64,000 nt of DNA from assembly GCA_965655095.1 (NCBI GenBank), contig OZ296649.1, positions 60,822,001 through 60,886,000 on the forward strand. Reading direction: 5' to 3'. The DNA is from Haplodiscus bocki (Eukaryota). Below, one piece after another: positions 27,600 through 39,478 of the stretch (position 1 is its first letter; each line of letters opens with the position of its first letter). The notes beneath the pieces are model-generated. The model was given only the letters and a program-made list of their open reading frames with translations. It made no database searches and was not told where the DNA came from. A program made the position numbers and the translations under genes.

Positions 27600-28116
27600 C
27601 AAAGGTTTGATTGGGAAAAAATTAACTTTTAAAGGATGTGACCGAGAACTTACGAGGGTTGGATTCAGAGATTTTCTTGTTATGGAAAAAGGTGTGGTTG
27701 TTCGTAATATCTTTAGGCCAATTTGGAAGCGAGATTTGCTTGGTGTTAAAGTACCACATTTTTTTAATAATTGTGAAAATTTTCAAGAGGATAAAACATG
27801 TCAATTTTGTGATAGCGGTTTTAAAATAAATTGTTTTGATTGTGAGTTAGTTAAAACATGTGATAACTGTCTTGAAAGAATAACGCAGATTAATTTAACT
27901 TCTACAGAAACTAACAATCTGAAAAAACAAATACCAAATGAAAATGGTTATATGTTACCTTACTATGTTGGAGAAGATTCTGTAGAAGAAGAGAGAGAAC
28001 AATTTCAGGGTAGTCATGGCAAATGTAACAAATGCTTCGTAGAAATGAATCACGATAATTATATTAGAAATAGAAACACATGTAGAGGTTGTTATAATCA
28101 AAACAGAAGAAAATAG
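27600..28116 (+). mobile_element. Possible Polinton/Maverick-like fragment (pPolB C-terminus-like plus Cys-rich tail)
   Basis: KKLTFKG...WKR...GVKVPH followed by CxxC clusters and PNENGYMLPYY. Recognised by resemblance only. Confidence 0.4.
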
Positions 28117-29749
28117 TTCCGTGTTTGAATACGTTCACTATCGAGCTATCGTATTTGTCTTTGAATACTTCCACTGGGTTGTTATCGAGTTTGAATACTT
28201 TCTTTTTCAATTATCATACTTGTCTTTGACTAGTTCAACTATTATGTTAACATTTTTTGTGTGGTTGGTGATTAAATAACACTTGACAAGACGTTTCTAG
28301 AGATTTATAACACTCCAGTAATATTTAAAATTTTTCATTGACATACCAAGTTTAAGGGTTAGTTGTAGCTTTTGGATGGTAGTAGTTTCAGTCATCGTTT
28401 CCGAAATTAATACCATTGAATAACATTTTTCAAGACCTTTCCAACAATATATTATACTTTTCTGTAGCTCAAAATTTCGTTGATTTCGTCATTTTTACAT
28501 GTTTAGGTGACCGTGGGAAAGTCTGAATGGAATATGAAAAAAGTTTTCACTCAATTGATTTTTTTATAATTTTTAACCCTTTGATCTTTTTCAAAATTAC
28601 TTTTCTCGAAAACTATGATAGATATGAAGCTGAAACTTTCAGGGTAGACTATTTAGAACATGAGCTATTGATTTTAGTTGAAACCGACAGCCTCTGACTA
28701 TTTCGTAGAAAAACGGCAAGTCTAATTTTTGCCATGGTAAGATGGTCAGTCAATATTTTTCAACGTTTTTCTCCTAATAAAATTTTCTATTCAGTGAAGT
28801 TTACGTCTGTTTTTATTTGAGGTCAATCGAGTGAGTAATCGTGGAGAAGTCCTTGAAAAAGTATGTGCTAGTCATCATGCCAATGCAGCTAACAGTGCAC
28901 ATATTTCTGAGAAATCATGTTTTCGTTTAGGACAAAAAAATCCACTGGCCAACTTTCTTGTCTAGCTTTCCAGCTCTCTATCGACTGAGCATTCCTGGTC
29001 GATTCCCCCATCGATCAATTCTACTTTTTCAAGCTTCGTTATATAGACAGTTCCTCCTATAGCTTCATGGCAATGTACGACAAACGACTGGGGATACGTG
29101 TGAAGTTGTGAACCCGAAACGCAACGGCAAACCTTAACTTTATCGATGCCATTCATAAATACCAATCAGCTATTGGAGACGAAAAAGAAATAGAAATACT
29201 ATTTTTTGTATACATGGTATGCTAGGAGCTTCGTGGTAAATACACGTTTTTTGGTGTGTGGTGGTGACTTTTTCAGTATCGCTTAAACGTGAGACGTGCT
29301 GGTGCAATTGTTCTTTTCAATTCTACGTTCACATAAATATGGAATTATTTTAGTACACGCTTTCTTACATTTATGCTTTGTTCGACTATGGTTTTTATGT
29401 GGTGGAAAATAACGGGTGAGTTAAAAAATTTTTAATTCTTGTGGTACGACGATATGGGTTAGGATTGTTGCTTGTTGACGCTGAACAGTTTCTTGCGTAC
29501 TATCCGTAGGTGTGTTTAATATTGGCATAACCTTTCCACTCTACTTTCCTGTCTTTCAGAAAGAAAGTTTAAAAATTGTCAAACATAGTTCTTCTCTGTC
29601 TTTTTTCTTGTATTTTAGACGTAAAATAATTTACATTTAAGGAGATGAAGATTTCATGGTATTAGTGGCAATTGTTTAATGATTGAATGTTATCTAGAGC
29701 TCACTCTTTATAGTCAGCGTTTGTTAGTCTGAGCAGGTTACTGCAGGTT

Positions 29750-31250
29750 ACTGCAGGTTCCACATCTGCACATGATGCACCAAGTGCACTTTTCAACTCT
29801 CAGTGGACGTTTTCGAAAAAGTCCCAGTGCACTTTGGTGAGTGTATTTCCCTTTATAGCCCGTCTTGGCTGAAAACTTCATTGGGGATGCTTTTTCCGGT
29901 TTATAGAAATTTTTGGTTGGTTTCGAGCAATCTGCTGTTTTCTGCCTTCAGTTCTACCCTAGTCTCTTGACGATCAAGTTCAACGAGGTGCTAATCATTC
30001 TTATTGCTTTTGGCTATTTGGCTTTCTAGGAGTGCAATTAGACACAAGATGTCGTGCAGCGCAAAGTATAAAGAAAGCAGGAGTTAATTCAGTGTTCGAA
30101 GTGTATCTTTGTATCTGCTACTTGACCTCAGAATCCATTTGGTGTCTCTTTTCTGCGTTAGTTAAGTAGTTAGGTTTTCTTCCCAGGCCTGCAAATTATA
30201 AGTTTAGAGTTGAACAAATTAGCTCAAGTAGGAATCCAGTTTATCACCTCCCAGCAGTTGCTCGGTACATTTGTGCTCACTTATTGGAGGCTTTTAAAAG
30301 CTTTTTCTGTCATTTTTTCTGGCATTTTTGTTCCGGGTTAATGTTTCAGTCACAAAGACCTCAAAATCGTTCTGACTAATGACTTTAGCAATGTTCAAGG
30401 CCACATTGTTGAGTTCACACTGTCAAAGAATGGTTGATCGAGCCAAAGCGGGGGCTCAGTAATGACCCTTGCGTAACTCCGGATGTTACCTTGCTGCTTG
30501 CGGAAGAACAATTGCTTATTCCCACGTGCTGATGTGCATACAGTCAGTTGTGAGATGGTTGTTTTTTTTGGGTTCTTGACGACGTTTCTTTCTTCAATTT
30601 TCTTGTCAACATATGGCGAGCTACAGTGTCATAAGCCTTAGTGAACTCCAAGTTTATGACAAGTAGGATTTCAGGAGAGGAGTCATTTTTCTTGTGATGG
30701 ACTTCGTCTACGTAGAGGAGGTTTTGCAGCATGGCAGAGCCTCCTTTCCTGAAACAAGCCAGCTTGTTGGTCTTGAAGGCTTTGGAAAAGCAGCAGAGCA
30801 AACTGATAGATCAGTAGTTGTTCTTATCTGGTTTAGCCCCTATTTCTGCATAAGCGTGTTTGAGAAAGGCTTTCCAATGCTGCGGGTAACAGCTTACCTT
30901 CAAAGCTGTCTGGAATGTGAGTTGTAGACATTTCGATAGTTGTCTTGCGCTCTTTCTCGAGTCATCTGATCCGGTTGATTTGGTTTTCCCTTTTGATGCA
31001 TATTCATAAACTTTTCTCTGATGACCTTGAAGTAAGGAGACCACTCTTGTGTGATGTTTTTTCGTGAAACGTCTCATTGTGTACACTTGCAATGAATACG
31101 TTAGCAAGTTCGCTTTGCTAAAATCAGTTTCTACGTCGTAGGACCCCATTTGTACCGTTTCCCATATCATTCAGCCGCCTCTGCTTCAGTTTCACTGGTG
31201 TTTTTTGATTTTGGTGATTTTCTGGTCATTGAAAACTTCGGACGCTTTAA
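29750..31250 (-). mobile_element. Decayed LINE RT fragment
   Basis: YPQHWK, FRKGGS, LEFTKAYDTV and SGVTQGSLL remnants with many lesions. Boundaries approximate. Confidence 0.7.
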
Positions 31251-31753
31251 ATAGTCAGCAGTTTTTCAACGCTTCAGGAATCAGCATTTTCCCAACATAA
31301 TGAGTTGTCACCTTTTTCAAAAAGGGGAAAAAAGATGCGAACTAAAATGACAAACTTGAGACTTTTGAAGCAAGTAAAACATATACTTCAAATCCCAAGA
31401 GTAAAGTGATGTTCGCTGTAGCTTGGTGGACTGCGCGAAAGTAAAAACAAAAGAATGGAAGTAAATATTCAGAAGAGTTTATCCTGTTTACTTTACCTAG
31501 CAGCGTTGCTTAGTCGGTCAGTCCTGATAACCTTTGAGAAACGCAGAGAAAGGGAGAAAAGTAAAATCAATAGGTAGTACGTTTCACTTGAATAAAAAGT
31601 CAAAGCTTTTTAGGACAGAAAAAATAGTAGATGCTGGTACGTTGTTTTTATTTAGTATATATTAAATATATAAAGTAAATTTAATAAATAGTGTCTTTTC
31701 AGTTGCTATATGAGGGCAGCCGGGGTGTCCCTTTGTTGATTTATGGTCAATTT

Positions 31754-32358
31754 ATGAGAATTATTGCAGCCAGTTCACTGTCCTCAGCACTACGAACCCT
31801 TTCTTTCAAGGCACAGCAGAGACTGAAGAGGAAAGGACTTATTCTAACAACTATCCCTGGTCTCAATTGCCATGAGGAGACAGCAACACGGTCGAAGTCG
31901 GCTATTTTCTATTTGAAGAAATTCAAAAACGAAGAGGTGATTGTTTGGCACGACGCAATAAATAACTCTTTATCGTCGCACCAGAACAACCACGAACGTC
32001 TCTACTCGGGAAAAGAACTAGCAAATCAATTGAAGCCTTTTTCGAGAAGAATACCTTCAATAATTTACTGTCAAAGAGACGGAACGCCCAATATTTACCA
32101 GGATCTAAAAACAGCAAACTTGCCTGTAGTCAGCATCACCAGACATATCATTTCAAAACGAAAAGAAAAAACAACCAGGACTTCAAAAAGTACCGACCAC
32201 TTCATCAATATACTACCACTGAATTGAAAACCTTCTTTACCGTGCTAAGGCATAAAGGAGCTACGAAGCGGATTAATGGGAAAAAACATCCTAAACATCT
32301 AAACAAGAGAAGAAGGAAAAAGTATAAACTCCTTGCGCCGAGCCAGAACAGCGTCTAG
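31754..32358 (+). pseudogene. SGNH/esterase-like ORF upstream of LINE ORF1 (one frameshift near 32170)
   Basis: Motifs in SGNH block order: IIAASSL, IPGL, VIVWHDAINN, RPLHQ. Ends in a basic tail (NKRRRKKYK). The family call is inference. Confidence 0.5.
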
Positions 32359-32468
32359 CATTGTTGTTAAAGGCTTGGAACTAAGTTGCTGTTTATCTTA
32401 GTGACCTGGTCTTGAGAACTAAGTTACAGGAGAGACAGTTTCGTGGTTTTTGAGCCTTTTCTTTAACT

Positions 32469-33335
32469 ATGTCAAACAGAACAAGGTTACAATCCGCAAC
32501 GGACTCTCTCTCATAATGCCCAACATGCAAAAAAATTCCAGCAAACGAGGAAGATTTTCACTGTTTCACTTGCGGCTGTAGGATGCATCTCAACGGGAAG
32601 TGCCCACAACTTAGTAAAACTGCAATCTTGGGTATAAAAGAGCTCGGCTAAAACGCACTCCTCGTCTGCAACAACTGTGTTACTCTTAGAAAAACTTGAC
32701 AAGCCAATTGAAACCGCATCCAAAATTCAACAGCAGGCGCCAATTAAAGATAAAAAGTTCAAGTCGCTACAAACTGAAAAGAACGATATTAAGAAAGGGA
32801 TAACTGACCTGAAAATTTCTTTCGTGCAAAAGTCAAGTGAACCTCCTAAACCATGTGCTTCAATCATCAAGACAACAAACACCGCAAAGGAATTTGACGG
32901 GATAAGAATACGAGGTCTTCAGGAAAATGATGCTGAGAGTGCTAGAGAAAGAAACGAGAAAGATATGAGTGAAGTAAAAGCTATGCTGAAAATTCTAGAA
33001 ATAGACAGCAAAATCACCGAACTACGAGGAATAGGACATCAACACGTAAACCGTAATAGAAAACTAAGGTTTGAAGTCGAAATAAATGGCATCGAAATCT
33101 CATCTTGCTCTCAGTCGCGAAACTAAAAAATTACAGCCAACAGGTCTTTGTAAGCAGAGAACTTAATGCTACAGAACCGAAACTCGAGACGGAAATTCTC
33201 AAAAGGAGGAAGGAGATAATAGAAAATGGGAACAATCGGACGCATTTTAGAATACGTGACCTAAAATTATCTAAACAAATAGGAGAAATTTGGCAAGAAG
33301 TAGAAACAGGCAAAAAAGAAAATTCGGGAAATTGA
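32469..33335 (+). pseudogene. LINE ORF1 with PHD finger, coiled coil and RRM-like region
   Basis: CPTC...CFTC...H.NGKC...CNNC forms a C4HC3 pattern. Later IRIRGLQE and VFVSRELN are typical of CR1-group ORF1. Contains stops and frameshifts. Confidence 0.8.
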
Positions 33336-33958
33336 CTTACCGCTCCAGCAGTACAAAACGACCCATTCATTCTTCTCTACAATATTTGGAGCTTGATTGA
33401 TCTAAGTAAGCGAATAAGTCTATCCAATGCAATTTCAATAAGTGATTACTATGACCTCTACTTAGAGAAAACTTGGCTAGTAAGTGCAATCCCCGACACC
33501 GCATTATTTTTAAATAGCTACTCTATACATAGAAACGACAGACTCTCAACTGACGCTAAAAGCAAGCACTGGGGCGTACTAATAGCTGTAATATCGCGCA
33601 TTCGACACACCGGAAATCGCATTGATCCAATGTACTTAGAAACAGTGACAGTAAAAACATCTTGACATGAAGTTGATTATTTTATTTGTTGTGTCTACTG
33701 TGCGCCAAAACCAAGCCAGTACCGAATTCCACCGCAACTAATGATTGATTTGATAGACTTGGTCATAGCCGAGTCAAAAAAACACCGTACTCATCGTGGG
33801 TGATTTAAACTTTGAAAACACAAATTGGAAGCAAATACGATCAACTGACTACAGCGAAGCTCTCGTTGTAAAAAAATTTTTCGAAAACAGTTTCAAAGAA
33901 GCAATAACTACTAAGAGGAAGCTACTGGACGTTATTCTCAAAATAACACTAACCCCGT

Positions 33959-35789
33959 TTTCGCGCGGGTGGTAGATTGTTTTGGTTCAAATTTTTATTG
34001 ACAGATACTTGTCACTTTCTTGATGTGGGGCCGTTTCTGATTAATCAAACTTAAGTCTCAAAGTTGCCTTGCCGGCCCGCGTGAACAAAGTAGAGCGTGA
34101 ATTCGCTGGCAAAGACTTAGTGAATAGCTATGGAGTGGTTGAAAGCTTTTTTAGGATTTTATTAATAGCAAGCAGTTTTAATATATAAACCAAGAAAGTT
34201 TTGGCTTCAAATCTAATATTTGTACTGTCAAACGTGGTTGATAGTTAACAGAGGGAACGGTATTGGTTTAGGCATATAAGATTTGGTTGAAATTTCAATC
34301 TATTCCAAAATCATTCGAAGTAAGGAAGTCAGCAACTTTATCACTTTGGAGCTGTTTGAACTAGATTATAAACACCAAACAGTTTTATTCGAGAATGACA
34401 ACTCAAATTTTTTCAACTATATTTTAAGGAAAATATTGTTGCACGCGCTTTTAATTGTCACGAAAGTAAAATACTAAATTGACGGTAGCTCCACTAAACA
34501 AAAGTAATACCTTTTCTAACCTTGTAGGAGATGAATTGCCATTGAGCACCATCAATTTGCTTTAAATCTGTTCTAGAACGGAGAGTAAGTTTATCCGTCT
34601 TTTCTATTAGTTCATTTTAAAAGTGTTCCTCTAGGTCAGTTTTAGCTGAGATTAAGTAATTCGCGTAACGAATCAACCTAGCGAGTTTTCTTAGGCCAGT
34701 ACATAGTTGTTAACCCGTAGAAAAAAATCTAGGGATTTTGTGACCGCTGGCTCAGTTCCGATCAGAAGATTTAGGTTAGTAACTAAGACACGGTAACTCT
34801 CTTTATGGCGTAGCAACCGTGCGATTCCTCTTAGGTTCAGGCAATTACCATCGGATAAAACCAATGAGCCTGATTCTGATCGTCACTGGGTTAGTAATTA
34901 TTTTCATCTAAGACTCAGCATCATTTCACTTCAATGGAGGAAGCCAACAAAGGCACAACCCCAATTGGAAGGACCACCGAGCAATTTTTCCTAGGTATGG
35001 GGAAGTTTCAGTGAGCCCTTGTTCGGAGCAATTTCCATGGCAACTCTTAATCAGAGTATCTGCTGACGGACCCGTTCTTAATTAACTAAGTGTTCTGGCG
35101 AGATGTACTCTACCAGGGTTAGTCATTTTAGATACTAACAATTTATTTGGTTTAATTAAAATAGAGTTGCTGTTGATGGCCCTAATTGGTCCCTCTTCAC
35201 AAAACAATTAATTTCTTCATATTTTTCGAATAGTTGAGAATAGTTAGGTCGGTCTCGGATTCGAAATGTTCAAAATTTGAAGATATTTGAAGTTTGGTAA
35301 ATTTCCAATTCGGAGAGACTTTAGAATTTCAGGAGGAGAGAGTTGAAAGTTTTTTGTAGTTTTCGGTTTCAGAGTTGGTACTTGTCCGTAAGCGATCAGA
35401 AAAGTTATGGTTTCTCGTGTTGGCGGCAATTTTTCCGAGCTCTCGTACTTTTCAAGGTGATGACCAAATACGGTAAGCCTTCCGCCAAGTAGCACCAAAA
35501 ATGGTGATCCTCCAAAAAGTGTCAAAAATTGAAATCTTAGTAAGCAAGGTGTGCCGTTGGTTAAGCAATAAAATCGAACTCCGAGAACAGTGGGGTAACA
35601 AATAGAAAAGCATCGTTGATATCCGTCTGAGGCAAGGCAACGAAATTTTGAAATTTCAAAGTGCAATTCCAACTTTGTTACCGCTCTCCAACAACTCACC
35701 GTTCAAACGGTAAGTTACTATTATTACTTCTATTATGTCATTTCTATTTTTAGAACCAGCACACTTTAGCGTTATGGCCTGTTTAGCGT
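33959..35789 (-). repeat. 3' LTR of the gypsy element (inner end truncated)
   Basis: Colinear with 42714-44552. Homology stops after GTTTAGCGT, so the last ~16 nt seen in the other LTR are missing. Confidence 0.9.
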
Positions 35790-35809
35790 CAACTCACCCC
35801 ACTGGCAAG

Positions 35810-36270
35810 TTATTGAAAATGATTGGGGGTCTTTACGGAAAAGGAAAAAGAAGAGAAGACTGGGTAGGTAGTATGGGGGTCAGAAAAAGAAATCTCTATA
35901 TGAATAGTGTCATTATACAGGTAGCCAACAGTCTCATTGAAAAGTTTCGAATGTGGGAACAAGTAAGGGTATCGTACTGATGGTACGGTCCAATATTCAG
36001 TTGATGTTTGTTTAGTTAATTCTTGCGACTCGATTGTCTGGCTCCAGGTATTAAGGGGATACAGTTGGTCACGCACTTTGATTTCTCTAGCCTTTGAGAC
36101 CGGCCAAGAATGAACGTCATCGTATTCAACAGCGGATATAGGAAGACAGATAGAAGCCCATGTTCCGATGGCAGCGGCGAATCCATATGGGTGAAAATTT
36201 AAATAAAAGTTGAAGCCATATGGGTGAGAGCGCAAGATAGGGCTGCGAAGTCGGGTGGTTGGAGCATTTT
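35810..36270 (-). CDS. TRAF-type MATH domain ORF inside the retrotransposon (N-terminus missing or degenerate)
   Basis: SPILRSHPYGFNFYLNFHPYG...GTWASI...EYDDVHSWP...IKVRDQ...YLYNDTIHIEI parallels the TRAF-C consensus SPPFYTxxYGYK...LxLNGxG...GTHLS...EYDxLLxWPF...LLDQ...YxxDDTIFI. Confidence 0.8.
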
Positions 36271-36406
36271 GACAATGAAGTTGACAATGAAGTGATAAAT
36301 TGACGGATTAAAGACAAGGATTGAATGCGGGTAAACAGCGAGGTAATGTCCGTTGTCAATGTGCTTTGGGTGCTATTCCCTTTGTTTCTTCCTGTGTTGT
36401 TATAGG

Positions 36407-36862
36407 ATGGCACAACCCCCTGAGATCGTCGTGGAGGTGGTAGGGTGGGATGGGTTTGACCCTCTCCCGGAGCTCCTGCTCTTCCACTCCACGGCGGAAG
36501 ATTCGTTCGGCGGCTCCCTGTATATCTTCAGGGAGCCCGCCATTTTTTGGTTGGAAGGTTGGAAGGCCTTCATGAGGTTTCACCGGTGCAATGATGAAGC
36601 GCCAGTGCAAGAGGCCCCTGTGTTGGCGAGGTTCCGGAGCTTCCTGGTCCAATATTACGGAGAAAACTAGGAAGCGATGGTCTTGTCCGAATCCGGCGAG
36701 TTGCTATTGTTCGACTTGCGGGCAATCCTCGCCGGGTGGCTCGGCCTCGTGGTGGAGCAGAGGGAGGAGTTCGCTTTGGCCATAGACAACTGGCCGCAGA
36801 TTGTCTTCCGGGCGCGGGTTAGGTCCTTGGCGGAAACCGGGGGCTTCCTATGCCTGGACTGA
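36407..36862 (+). pseudogene. Antisense accessory ORF of the gypsy element (151 codons, one internal TAG), unknown function
   Basis: ORF-track entries 36353-36670 and 36677-36862 are in the same frame, separated by a single TAG. GC-rich. A pyrimidine tract and TAG|G immediately precede the ATG. Confidence 0.6.
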
Positions 36863-36901
36863 GCGACTCCTGTCCTATCCTCCCCCGTCAGTTTAGTCGT
36901 C

Positions 36902-37159
36902 TTATGCCTGTACTAATCCTCTGCGTGGGAAGTATTCAGTTGTATTGGGATTGCACATTTCACAATTTGTGAGAGGATTACATTGTAAAATTAAAAACTC
37001 GTTGAATTTACCATCTGTTGCCTCGGGTAGAACGGTTGAAATTGCTGGGGAAGAATGAAGACAAGATGGTGTAGAATGAAGAAAAGTAAGAAAGTCGTCC
37101 ATAATTGGATCGAAGTGTTGAAGAGAATAGTAACACAAAATTTGATATAGGTTTGCCAT
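36902..37159 (-). CDS. Small sense-strand accessory ORF (85 aa), unknown function
   Basis: GCCATGG start context. MANLYQILCYY...QCNPLTNCEMCNP. Stops ~40 nt from the stop codon of the convergent antisense ORF. Confidence 0.35.
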   Translation of the reverse strand: MANLYQILCYYSLQHFDPIMDDFLTFLHSTPSCLHSSPAISTVLPEATDGKFNEFLILQCNPLTNCEMCNPNTTEYFPRRGLVQA

Positions 37160-37475
37160 GGCAGGGGAATTAAAGTTAACTTGAACATTACTTTCGCGCT
37201 TTAGATCCCGTTTAAGTCTAGGTTTGAGTAGAGTTGTAAAAGACACACGGACGATGTGTGTTGAATAACTCCAGTAAACTCCAGTAAACTTCAGTTAAAA
37301 GTACTGTGTCAATTGCCAGGTTAGGCCAACAGTGGGTAACCGTCCACTGGCAGTTAGGGTAGAATTTGTGACATTTAGGCATTTTGTACTAAGTATAAGG
37401 AGTGAGAAAGTGGGTAGTGAATTTCTGAAGAACAAGACTGTAGGCTAATAGTGAGCAACAGTGAATTGTTGTTTA

Positions 37476-39200
37476 TTAGACTTTAAAACCCTGGCGAGTG
37501 AAGGTACGAAGAACCGATTGAGAATTAGGATCATGTGGCTGAGGTCTAAAACAATTTGGTTCTCTCGCTTTGGACTTTAGACTGTTCCGCAGAAATTGTT
37601 GAATCGGAGTAAGTGGTGTGGTTGGAGCCGAAGTTGACGGCTGTTGAATCTCCGTCTCCTGTGGATGTTGTGGTAGTTTTTCAGGAGTAATGTGTAGGAT
37701 TGGCGAAAAAACTTGAGGTGAGCCAACTCCCGAATCACTGCTAGTGATGCTATCACGTTTGTATGAAGCGTCTACCGAAGCCGTAGGTAACGATCTGATT
37801 GGAAATGGAATGGGGGTCTGCTGCGAGTGGCTCAGTAAAGCTGTTCAATTTCCCAATTCTTTGTTCCAAGAACCGTTCATAAAAATCATCATGTCGTTGG
37901 TCGTGTGGTATACATTCTTCAGTTATGGCTAGAAGTGATTCCTCTTTCGGATAAAATTCCATCAAATGGTTACGGTGAACTGTCTTTGTGATGTATGGGT
38001 CTTTGTGGTCTCGAATTTGGTAGGTAGTGCCAGTTACACGTTTGGTAACAGTGAAAGGACCCAAACGTCGTTGTTGTAGTTTTTGGTTTTTTGATAGGGC
38101 TTGCCGGTGGTTTTCGTAAAAAACTTTCTGACCGACGTCTAATTGGTAACCCAAATTAATTATCTTTCTGCATGCGTGGGAACGCGCTGTTTGTTCTCGG
38201 GATCGTTCAAAGGTGGAAGAGTAAATTCGTTTAAAATCCCTTTCTCGATCTAACAAAACCTGCGAAACTTGTGGACGAAGTAATGCCTGAAGAAGCTCAT
38301 TCTCCGTAGAGTTCTCGTCGTGAGTATGAGGAGGCAAGTCGGTACAGAATTCTGAACAACATAAATTATGTTTGTTACGATAAAGTCCCAGTTTGACAGA
38401 CAATGGAATCTGGGGTTTGGCACCAAAGACGATTTCGTAAAACGTCTTAACAGTAGTGTAATTTACGCTAGTATTGTGCGCGAAGGCAAACTCTGGTGCG
38501 AGAGGAGCCCAATTAGTTCCAGCAACATTCAGAAACTTTCTCAAATAACAAGCAATATGCTGGTTCTGACTCTCCACCTTGCCGTTTGTCCAAAGTGATT
38601 GAGCTGCACGTGGTCGGAGGATAATTCCCAACTCCTTAGTCCAGTTGGCGAATACTGTGTTAAAAAAAGCAGTTCCTCTATCACGCGTTTTTGACTAGGG
38701 GATTCCAAAACGAAGTATCCATTTTTCAGCCGCTGCGATTGTAGTTTCAGCTCCAGTATTGGTAACAGGATAGACCATTAAAAACCGTGAAAAAGAAACA
38801 ACTATCAAAAGACAGTTAGTATTTCGGTTGCTCGGTGAATGGAGAGGTCCTTTATGGTCAATATGTATCGTGCAAAATGGTGCGGTATCACCTTGCCATT
38901 CTTCCAGTGGTACCTCGTTAAGACTTTTAGGTTAAGGTTTATTGTTCTGGCATGCGAGACAGTCAGCTGTTAAAGCGCAGGTCCAGTCGAACATATCTGG
39001 CCAATAATAAAACCGTACGTCTTGTCCGGTACTTACTTAGTGTCAGCGTACGTCTTTGAAGCTCCCATGTGTCCACCTAGCTCGGTATAGTGTCCCATTC
39101 TAGAGCAGGCTAAGAAGAGTGATAAATGTAAACAGATTCGTATGGTCCTTTCACCTAATGTGTCAGATGGTTCATCATAACACAGGAGTTGTCTGTGTTC
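37476..39200 (-). pseudogene. gypsy integrase, disrupted
   Basis: Zn-finger remnants (HMG, CLACQ), IDHKGPL, DRGTAF, NGKVESQN, AFAHNTSVN and a GPF/Y module (RLGPFTV). Confidence 0.9.
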
Positions 39201-39478
39201 TTCTATGAGAAGTCGATCTAGCTCTTGACCGTATCTGAAAAAACCTTTAGACTGTCGGATTTTTGGAGCTCTGAGGTCGGGAGAGGTATTTTTTTCAATC
39301 CAAGAGCGGACAATACTCAGTACTGCGTCTTAGAGTTGCTCTTGTAATATGGTAGAAACATCCAGATAGACAACTTTTGCTACGTCATCCAGCTTGGTGA
39401 TCAAATCGTGAGTTCTCAAACGAGGAGCGGCCGCAGTTGATAGTAACTTTTTTGCTAGGAGGGTATCAGGATTACTGA

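Larger units (their letters stand above)
31700..33958 (+). mobile_element. CR1/L2-type LINE, 5' part (extra ORF, PHD ORF1, start of AP-endonuclease)
   Basis: ORF1 has a PHD finger. Endonuclease motifs EKTWL, HRNDR, GVLIAV, CVYCAP, VGDLN and LLDVIL. The 5' boundary is approximate. Confidence 0.85.

Noticed and set aside
36356-36652. Minus-strand 98-aa ORF in the GC-rich island
   Set aside because: Most likely the shadow of the longer plus-strand frame, which has an ATG and an acceptor. Not fully excluded without family data.
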